From: a virus
Virus record (IMG/VR): IMGVR_UViG_3300045988_027716
Strand: one strand, 5' to 3'
DNA length: 18,506 bases
The notes beneath the pieces are model-generated. The model did not search any database. It was given only the letters and a program-made list of their open reading frames with translations, and was not told the origin of the DNA. The position numbers and the translations under genes were made by a program. Of this stretch, positions 12,818 to 18,506 are shown in pieces. The number at the start of each line of letters is the position of its first letter. Position 1 is the first letter of the stretch.

Positions 12818-14261
12818 TGATGTGTGTACCGTAATCATCCACCACTTCCACGCCATGACGGAACTTTTCGTAAGGTATCGGGCGGGTGAAGAGACTGCCG
12901 GCCATGACCACGTCCACCCCGCCATCATCCCGCCACCCCTGATAGCGGTTCATAGCAAGGATAGTCAACTTTTCATACTTTGCACTGATCCTCCATTTAC
13001 CTAATTCCGTGGGGTGCAGTTCGCAACCCTCCGGCATATCCCAACCTCGTAAAATACACCCGTCTGTGTTGGCGTAGATCAGGCGGTCACGGTTCGCCTC
13101 GCACACCTTCAGGAGCTTGCGCCGCGCGTAGGTGTTGACCCACATCGGGATAGGCAAATAGTCGGTCTGGAGGCTGTTCGGTTCCCGTTTCGACGGCTTC
13201 CAGTCCAACGTGCGCCCGTCCCGGCTAATGGGGAGCAGTACGGCGCCCTTCGGCAATGAGGCCATTTTGCCGACCAGCGCGTTCATGACGAGTTTGGCCA
13301 TCTGCCGTCTTTCGCCGTGCTCCCGTTGCTTCACGTCGCCCCACTGGCCGATAAACCCGGTGAAGAACCCCTTGGAACGTCTGAACTTCCAACCTCTCAC
13401 GTGCTTATATATGGACACGTCATAGTTCTCACGCAGTAGCTCCTGGTCTATATCGGTGAGGCACATGGTCACGTATCCTCGTGTGGTGGTGAGCCGGTTT
13501 ACCCCACGATGGTAACGCGCATCCGATAAAAATGGGTAGCCGTTCGGCTTGAGATCTGCGCGAAACGTGATCTCGTCACAGTGCGACGGCATGTCCTTGT
13601 CCGGCTCGTATTCGCCCTCGTAGGGTTCGGGCATCCCATATGGGAGCCATTCGTCGCGGAGGATGCTCGGATACATCGAATTGCAATCGATATCAATACA
13701 TTGATCGTAGCGGCCCTCGTCGGCCATCATGAACCCGCCAATGTACCCCTCGTGCAAGGTCTTTTTCGTCTCTTCGTCCAGTTGCGGGAACCTGTCCAAG
13801 TACCATCTGTAATCATCGCCGTGATAGGCCGCCATGCTCGCCGCGCCCGCCGTGATCTTGCACAAACCGCAAGCCTCGTACAATGCAATGATGTCCAATA
13901 GTTGCATTTCGTCGCCCAATCGGATCCGGTAGCCGTCACGCAAGAGATTGGACAGCTCGTAAAAACGAATGCGGTTATCCTTGTCGATCTGCACGGAAAA
14001 CGAATAGAAACGCCCCTGCTTGGATACGATCGCATCCCACGACATATAGGCGCGGTGCTCATTGTAAGGGAGATGCGCCACGACGTGGGCCATGAACCCG
14101 TCCAACACGTCCGGGTCGGTGACGTATACCGTTGTCCTGCCGCCGCCCATCGCATGGGACAACAATGTCACGGGATCATCACACCCGCCCCACGTCGCAT
14201 GATCGGTGAACCGGATCACGTTGTCGTGGCACAGCAGTCCCACGTGTTCGTCTTGAGTCAT
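12810..14261 (-). CDS. Family B DNA polymerase, protein-primed (phi29 gp2-like)
   Basis: Motif A is IDIDCNSMYP, motif B is KLVMNALVGK, motif C is IYANTDGCIL, and a KxY-region match is LGKWRISAKYEKLTILAMNRY. The spacing from A to B (~130 aa) and from B to C (~70 aa) leaves room for TPR1- and TPR2-type insertions. LDGFMAHV aligns with recalled phi29 LDEFMAWV. Confidence 0.95.
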   Translation of the reverse strand: MTQDEHVGLLCHDNVIRFTDHATWGGCDDPVTLLSHAMGGGRTTVYVTDPDVLDGFMAHVVAHLPYNEHRAYMSWDAIVSKQGRFYSFSVQIDKDNRIRFYELSNLLRDGYRIRLGDEMQLLDIIALYEACGLCKITAGAASMAAYHGDDYRWYLDRFPQLDEETKKTLHEGYIGGFMMADEGRYDQCIDIDCNSMYPSILRDEWLPYGMPEPYEGEYEPDKDMPSHCDEITFRADLKPNGYPFLSDARYHRGVNRLTTTRGYVTMCLTDIDQELLRENYDVSIYKHVRGWKFRRSKGFFTGFIGQWGDVKQREHGERRQMAKLVMNALVGKMASLPKGAVLLPISRDGRTLDWKPSKREPNSLQTDYLPIPMWVNTYARRKLLKVCEANRDRLIYANTDGCILRGWDMPEGCELHPTELGKWRISAKYEKLTILAMNRYQGWRDDGGVDVVMAGSLFTRPIPYEKFRHGVEVVDDYGTHIML

Positions 14262-14283
14262 AATGCAACCTTAACCCACGATC

Positions 14284-15384
14284 TTAGGCCAATTGTTTGG
14301 CCAGCTTCAAGAATCCCTCGAACCTTCTGGCCGCGTTCGCGTGCGCCGCCCTGTCCTGCCCGAAGACTGAACGGATGCGCCCCGTCGGGGACTCGATCCA
14401 GCTGAACACGATCTGCGCCATGTCCGTTTGCTCGATCAATGCGCGTTTCTGCGCCGACGTCAGGGCGCGGAACCGTTTCAACCGTTTGGATCCGACGGAC
14501 GCGGCGATGGCCTTCTCGAACGCCTCATATCGATGTTGCTTCATGTACTTCGGCCACGCGCCTTCATCGTACAGTCCGGTGCGTGACGGTTTCCGGACCG
14601 GTTTCGCTGGCGTGCTGTCAGTGCGTAGTCCGAGGACTTTCGCCGCATCATGGATATCCCTGATCACCTCATTGCGATGCCCCGAGCGCAATTGCGCCTC
14701 GATGTACGCGCGGTCACCCAACGTGTTTGACATGGTGAGCAGGTCGGTGAGTTTCGAGGCCGTGATCCCGGAACGTTCGTATGGTTCGCCGGTAGTGCCC
14801 TGGATCTCGCTCATGCGCCGCTCCAGTACGGACTGCTTCGGCATGGCCTGCACGCGGTTCCACTCGTTGATATGCGCCTTCGCCGTCCTGATCTTGCGTT
14901 GCTGTTGCCTCAACAGTTTGCGCCGTTTGGATACCGGTTCGGCGGCGATCATCGCGTCAGTGATGTCCGGGCGCTGGGCGTACATGCGTTCCCGTTTGGT
15001 CGGGCGTTCGATGGGGGAGGGGTGGAACGTGGTTTGCGACGCCTTCGCCATCTCGGCGCGTTTCTGCCTGTCCCATTCCTTCGCAATGGTGTGGGCGATG
15101 TTCGCAAGTTGCCTGTCCGCGGTTTTCGCAAGGTTCGCGCGGGAATATGCGCCCAGTTGGTTGATATCCCGTTTTGCGCGGGCGGCGGCGGCCTGCTGCG
15201 CCTTTTCGTGTTTTTTGGCGAGACTGCGCCGCCTGCGCTCAAGCCTTATCGCGTCCCTGTCACCCCTGTCAATCGGGGCTATCATATTTGCGGGCATTCC
15301 CACGCTGGCCGCCGCGCGACGAATCTGGTAATAGTCCAGCGGTTGCACCGCCCTGGATGCGGTTTTACGTCCTTTTTTTGCCAT
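14284..15384 (-). CDS. Candidate terminal protein (366 aa, highly basic)
   Basis: It lies directly upstream of the protein-primed polymerase, as in phi29 and Cp-1. It is Arg/Lys/Ala/Gln-rich (MAKKGRKTASRAV..., RRRRSLAKKHEKAQQAAAARAKR). I moved the start to ATG 15384, because the track start at 15417 lies in a hairpin. I recognise no sequence similarity to known terminal proteins, so the function is inferred from synteny only. Confidence 0.55.
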   Translation of the reverse strand: MAKKGRKTASRAVQPLDYYQIRRAAASVGMPANMIAPIDRGDRDAIRLERRRRSLAKKHEKAQQAAAARAKRDINQLGAYSRANLAKTADRQLANIAHTIAKEWDRQKRAEMAKASQTTFHPSPIERPTKRERMYAQRPDITDAMIAAEPVSKRRKLLRQQQRKIRTAKAHINEWNRVQAMPKQSVLERRMSEIQGTTGEPYERSGITASKLTDLLTMSNTLGDRAYIEAQLRSGHRNEVIRDIHDAAKVLGLRTDSTPAKPVRKPSRTGLYDEGAWPKYMKQHRYEAFEKAIAASVGSKRLKRFRALTSAQKRALIEQTDMAQIVFSWIESPTGRIRSVFGQDRAAHANAARRFEGFLKLAKQLA

Positions 15385-15407
15385 TTGACACCGCCTTCGA
15401 GGATAGG

Positions 15408-15442
15408 GAAGCCCCACCGCCCATGACTAGCGGTGGGGCTTC
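15408..15442 (-). other. GC-rich 13-bp hairpin between the SSB-like gene and the terminal protein gene (no U-tract)
   Basis: GAAGCCCCACCGC (15408-15420) pairs perfectly with GCGGTGGGGCTTC (15430-15442) around a 9-nt loop. No T-run follows on either strand. Confidence 0.5.
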
Positions 15443-15467
15443 CGGCTTCGATTATATCAGACCAATG

Positions 15468-15899
15468 TCACTCTTCGGTGACGGGCTCGATGCTGAAGAA
15501 TTTGAACCCGCGGCGGGATCGGCGTTCGACCACCTTGACGGCCAGAGGCTCGGTCCACTTGTCGGGGGTGCCGAAGATGCCGAACATCGTATTGAGTCCT
15601 GCGGCGAGGGTGGGGGAGGTGGCCGAGTACGCCTTGTTGTCGGCGGTCACGATGATCACGCGCACGGTGTTGCTGATCTCGCCCGTCTGGTCGTCGGTGA
15701 CCTGGACGGCCTGGGCGATCGCGTTCACCATGTCCAACGGTTCGTTCAGGTGTTCGTCCAGCTTCTCGGCGTTCTGGAGCGCGGAATAGAGCTTGATCTT
15801 GCCGTCGCGGGTGCTCGTATCGATGAAGTGCTGGACGGTTCCGAGCGCCGCTTCCTCGGTGCTGAACGCGACGAGCTCGGTGTTGGTGGTGTTTTCCAT
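15468..15899 (-). CDS. Putative ssDNA-binding or replication accessory protein (143 aa)
   Basis: It is the first gene of the replication block, upstream of the terminal protein and polymerase genes, in the position of phi29 gene 5. The pattern VRVIIVTADNKAYSATS...FGTPDKW...VKVVERRSRRGFKFFSIE recalls the phage SSB family typified by lactococcal phage p2 ORF34. The functional call is weak. GAAAGG sits 7 nt before the ATG. Confidence 0.4.
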   Translation of the reverse strand: MENTTNTELVAFSTEEAALGTVQHFIDTSTRDGKIKLYSALQNAEKLDEHLNEPLDMVNAIAQAVQVTDDQTGEISNTVRVIIVTADNKAYSATSPTLAAGLNTMFGIFGTPDKWTEPLAVKVVERRSRRGFKFFSIEPVTEE

Positions 15900-15961
15900 G
15901 ATTCAACCTTTCTTTAAGGGTTAATATTGTTTATTTTTTTAGGGATTGACCCCTAAAATCT

Positions 15962-15990
15962 TTTATACTCTCACGCTTCGGTTTCTTCAA
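15962..15990 (-). promoter_or_regulatory. Candidate promoter for the replication block (TTGAAG-17 nt-TATAAA)
   Basis: On the minus strand, TTGAAG lies at 15990-15985, followed by a 17-nt spacer and TATAAA at 15967-15962. It leads into the only AT-rich intergenic gap of the early region (15900-15970). Confidence 0.3.
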
Positions 15991-16267
15991 CCTCAGTGTG
16001 TCGTTTGTGCTCGTCCGGGTTCCACGGCTGGGGGGCCTCGAACGTCGCGTGAGCGTAAAAATCCTGCTCGCTCATGACGACCTTCTGCGACCACACCTCG
16101 ACGGAGCGAGCGACGAAGTTCGGCCACCGGCGCTTCGCCTTGACGGCGTAGGCATCCAACGAGCCGCAACGCCCGTCAATGACGTGCTCGGCGCTCATGA
16201 AATCGCCGTCCACCAACTCCATGCCCTTCAACACGGCGTAGACCCGTGTGCGGTAAATGTCAGCCAT
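15971..16267 (-). CDS. Hypothetical early protein (98 aa, acidic C-terminal tail EVEETEA)
   Basis: ATG 16267 overlaps the upstream stop codon (ATGGCTGA), which suggests translational coupling. I recognise no motif. Confidence 0.75.
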   Translation of the reverse strand: MADIYRTRVYAVLKGMELVDGDFMSAEHVIDGRCGSLDAYAVKAKRRWPNFVARSVEVWSQKVVMSEQDFYAHATFEAPQPWNPDEHKRHTEVEETEA

Positions 16268-16787
16268 GATTACAACCTTCCCAGTAGATTTTTTTCAACT
16301 TACTCTCATCATATGTTCTGATATCAAGCCTGTCAAAATTTTTAAACACGGCGGCGATCACGTCACCCGCCCCACCATCGAACCACTGACGGCAATCGAA
16401 CGACTGTGCACCCTTCACCGCGCACACAGCGGCCCAGCCGATAAGGTTCGGCAAATCAACCCCACCATCAATCAGTCGCACGTCGCACGGCATATCCAGC
16501 ACGCCCCCAAGACCCGACTTCGGCGTGATCATGTGGCATAGGCGGAACACCTGAAGCACCGACCCTGGGTAAAACTCCCTGCAAGACAGATCATAGAGCT
16601 CGTCCAGCATGGTCAACGCGCGGCACAACGTCTCAAAATCACCGCGGCCTTGCGCGTAATCCCTCAACCCTGCGAACCTCATGTGACCTTTCAGGGCTTT
16701 TTGCACACGATACGAGTCCACCACGCCCTCGTCGAAAAGACGCATACGAGGGACCGGCTCATACACATCCTCCCTATACCTGCTCAC
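16260..16787 (-). CDS. Hypothetical early protein (175 aa, 7 Cys)
   Basis: It is the longest early ORF, with a GTG start at 16787 that overlaps the end of the preceding 57-aa ORF. I recognise no motif. Confidence 0.75.
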   Translation of the reverse strand: MSRYREDVYEPVPRMRLFDEGVVDSYRVQKALKGHMRFAGLRDYAQGRGDFETLCRALTMLDELYDLSCREFYPGSVLQVFRLCHMITPKSGLGGVLDMPCDVRLIDGGVDLPNLIGWAAVCAVKGAQSFDCRQWFDGGAGDVIAAVFKNFDRLDIRTYDESKLKKIYWEGCNHG

Positions 16788-16947
16788 TGTGGTACATCCT
16801 TTTCTCTACCCGGAAGTACGCGACAGGCTCGCAACTCCCGTACTTGGCAAACCGCCTCACAGTACGTTCCGCGTCGCCATACGATTCGCCCGAACCTATC
16901 TCAATGACATTGCCGTCACGGCAGACGGCCACGGCGATGAACCTCAC
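16774..16947 (-). CDS. Hypothetical small early protein (57 aa); absent from the supplied ORF track
   Basis: Hand translation gives (GTG)RFIAVAVCRDGNVIEIGSGESYGDAERTVRRFAKYGSCEPVAYFRVEKRMYHSEQV. GAGGTGGGG lies 8 nt upstream. It fills an otherwise empty 160-nt gap in a tightly packed operon. Confidence 0.45.
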   Translation of the reverse strand: MRFIAVAVCRDGNVIEIGSGESYGDAERTVRRFAKYGSCEPVAYFRVEKRMYHSEQV

Positions 16948-16949
16948 GA

Positions 16950-17153
16950 TCAAAACCCCACCTCATCCTGCTCGGATCTCCAGTCGTGGCCCATCACCCA
17001 CGACGTACGCCACAAATCGATATCAGGGCAACGGAGGGGCGCGTAGTATTCGCGGTCACAATAGCCGCACCAGAACGCGCGCATCACCCAATACCGCATA
17101 GCATGGTAACAGTCCTTAAACAGCAATGAGTGCACCCAGTCGAAAAAATACAC
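16950..17153 (-). CDS. Hypothetical small early protein (67 aa, Trp/Cys-rich with a CxxC motif)
   Basis: The GTG start has GGAGGGG 5 nt upstream, and the upstream gene's stop ends 1 nt before the GTG. The protein has 7 Trp and contains WCGYCDREYY...RCP. Confidence 0.65.
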   Translation of the reverse strand: MYFFDWVHSLLFKDCYHAMRYWVMRAFWCGYCDREYYAPLRCPDIDLWRTSWVMGHDWRSEQDEVGF

Positions 17154-17154
17154 G

Positions 17155-17385
17155 TCAGCCCCTCCGATTCAGCGGCGTTCTTGCGATGTCCATCGCATCC
17201 ATGACCATCGCCGCCACCTCATCATACAGGGCGGCGGATACGCAGAACTGCGCCCCGAGCTTTGCGCCATTGTCGATAATCTCGTAAGCACACCTGTACT
17301 CATCCCCATGCGGGCAATACCACAACCGCACCTCACCATGACGATACGGCGAATGAAACGACGCCACCAAAACATCCTCAGCCAT
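17155..17385 (-). CDS. Hypothetical small early protein (76 aa)
   Basis: The ATG is preceded by GGAGG. The protein contains WYCPHGDEYRC. Confidence 0.75.
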   Translation of the reverse strand: MAEDVLVASFHSPYRHGEVRLWYCPHGDEYRCAYEIIDNGAKLGAQFCVSAALYDEVAAMVMDAMDIARTPLNRRG

Positions 17386-17411
17386 TACATAACCTCCAAT
17401 TCAAAAAAACA

Positions 17412-17633
17412 TTATTCACATTTTTCAAATGGGCGTAAAAGCGTTGATGATACAATCTGAGTACGCACACCAATAGGCCAATCAGCAAACCGCCGTGACA
17501 TAACAAAATCGTGCGCAGCAAGCCAACACATCATCATTTCACTAGCTTCGACACAGTTCCAATAACTCGCATCGAGCCCACAGTCATTAAGATAATTGAC
17601 AAACGCTCCACAACAAATTGCCTTATTAATCAT
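17412..17633 (-). CDS. Hypothetical small early protein (73 aa, 6 Cys)
   Basis: ATG 17633 has AAAGGAAA upstream. The track's GTG at 17648 is an alternative start. The region is lower in GC than the rest of the genome. Confidence 0.65.
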   Translation of the reverse strand: MINKAICCGAFVNYLNDCGLDASYWNCVEASEMMMCWLAAHDFVMSRRFADWPIGVRTQIVSSTLLRPFEKCE

Positions 17634-17679
17634 TTCATTTCCTTTCACTCGAAATTGTGTAGTGTTTCAGCGACTTCAA

Positions 17680-17910
17680 TCAAATATCTGCAAGCTGCTT
17701 ATAAAGCTCTCTAAAATCAATCGCATTACAATACCTGACACCTTCATCCAGGTCAATAAAGTCCTTCAACCCCACCCACCTGCCATGAATCCCACTGAAC
17801 ACCTGGAACCGGTAATCAGTGCCGCAGTAGTCACATAATGCCTCACGCCAACGAAAACGGACCTCAAGGCCGGTATAATCATCCGGGACCGTGAAATAAT
17901 GCCATTTCAT
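17680..17910 (-). CDS. Hypothetical small early protein (76 aa, CxxC motif)
   Basis: ATG 17910 has a strong AGGAGG 7 nt upstream. The track start at 17928 is a TTG. The protein contains LCDYCGTDYR. Confidence 0.7.
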   Translation of the reverse strand: MKWHYFTVPDDYTGLEVRFRWREALCDYCGTDYRFQVFSGIHGRWVGLKDFIDLDEGVRYCNAIDFRELYKQLADI

Positions 17911-17924
17911 AAACACGCCTCCTA

Positions 17925-18179
17925 TCAACGTTCCACGAAACGGATATGACCAACGAGCGAATAATCACCCTCGGAACCAACCACACGGACACCACACAGC
18001 AGTGCACGGTAATAATGGAGGTAATGACGCTCAGCACTGTACATTACGCCCTTGAGAGAGCTGCTGAAAGAGTCGGTGATAACGCGGCCGAGATCCTTCA
18101 CGGTGCCCCCTGAGATGACCTTGATCCGATAGCCATCATTGTCAATGGTAAACAGCCACTTGTCGGTAATCTTACGCAT
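17925..18179 (-). CDS. Hypothetical first early protein of the right end (84 aa)
   Basis: This is internal Met 103 of the track ORF 17925-18485. GGAAGG lies ~11 nt upstream, and ATG 18179 lies 46 nt after the right-end -10. The upstream part of the track ORF is T-rich ITR sequence translated into Phe/Cys/Val. Confidence 0.7.
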   Translation of the reverse strand: MRKITDKWLFTIDNDGYRIKVISGGTVKDLGRVITDSFSSSLKGVMYSAERHYLHYYRALLCGVRVVGSEGDYSLVGHIRFVER

Positions 18180-18224
18180 TTCGTTTGCAACCTTCCATAT
18201 AGAGCGTTTTTGCTTACATAAAAT

Positions 18225-18253
18225 AATATACACGACTTTTTTAGATAAAACAA
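18225..18253 (-). promoter_or_regulatory. Candidate inward-facing early promoter at the right end (TTGTTT-17 nt-TATATT)
   Basis: On the minus strand, TTGTTT lies at 18253-18248, followed by a 17-nt spacer and TATATT at 18230-18225. It is the mirror counterpart of the left-end element at the same distance from the ITR boundary. Confidence 0.45.
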
Positions 18254-18266
18254 AACGACACGCCGG

Positions 18267-18506
18267 AAAACAAAAAAACAAACAAGAAAAACCGGAAAGA
18301 AAAAAGGGGCGGGAATATGCAACACGCCGAGACAAAAACCAAAAACAAGAGTATACTTGATATTGAAAACAAAAGAAGGAGACAACATGAACGACAACAA
18401 AAAAACGACAAACAACAAAACAAAAACAAAAAAAATCCACAAGCAAAATAAAAAACCCAATGGGAAAAAAACCACAAACGGGCACCCGGTGGGAGGGGTG
18501 TCCGTT
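18267..18506. repeat. Right inverted terminal repeat, perfect 240-bp copy
   Basis: It is the exact reverse complement of 1-240. Confidence 0.97.

Noticed and set aside
15937-15958. Hairpin TTTTAGGG-ATTGAC-CCCTAAAA in the AT-rich gap upstream of the SSB-like gene, considered as a terminator for the upstream early genes.
   Set aside because: On the transcribed (minus) strand the stem is followed by an A-run, not a U-run. It is short and AT-rich. The region is more plausibly promoter or leader sequence, so I left it without a functional call.
1-18506. Search for tRNA genes, CRISPR arrays, integrase or repressor modules, and insertion sequences.
   Set aside because: I saw no cloverleaf-like or repeat-spacer structures, and no ORF has recombinase, HTH-repressor or transposase motifs that I recognise. 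Apart from the ITRs and the intragenic TAKxKWD repeats, no dispersed repeats were apparent by eye.

Overview
The window appears to be a complete 18,506-bp linear genome of a small phi29/Cp-1-like podophage that replicates by protein priming. Coding regions are GC-rich, which suggests an actinobacterial host. This is inferred from composition only. The ends are perfect 240-bp inverted terminal repeats (1-240 and 18267-18506). A further ~90 bp of diverged homology at each end carries mirror-image, inward-facing promoters, leaders and ribosome-binding sites. Every convincing gene except a small ORF pair at the left end lies on the minus strand. Reading from the right end: eight small early ORFs with no recognisable function (18179 to 15971); a replication block of an SSB-like protein, a basic candidate terminal protein and a family-B protein-primed DNA polymerase (15899 to 12810); and a ~235-bp non-coding tract with promoter-like elements and an intrinsic terminator, which I propose as a prohead-RNA (pRNA) candidate. 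A phi29-ordered late block follows: scaffold, major capsid with Ig-like domains, terminator, tail knob, portal, lower collar, two small structural ORFs, an SGNH-esterase tail appendage, a CHAP plus lysozyme-like tail lysin, the gp16-like packaging ATPase, holin and amidase endolysin. I saw no integrase, repressor, tRNA or CRISPR array, so a virulent lifestyle is likely. All homology calls rest on motifs recognised by eye and recalled phi29 sequences, not on searches. Points worth a second look:
- the strand-asymmetric ITRs and their 30-nt terminal palindrome
- the pRNA candidate
- a perfect 14-bp-arm palindrome centred on TATAAT at the start of the tail-lysin gene
- an ORF absent from the supplied six-frame track (56 aa, shorter than any listed ORF) that duplicates the N-terminal module of the tail appendage
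- non-canonical polymerase motifs
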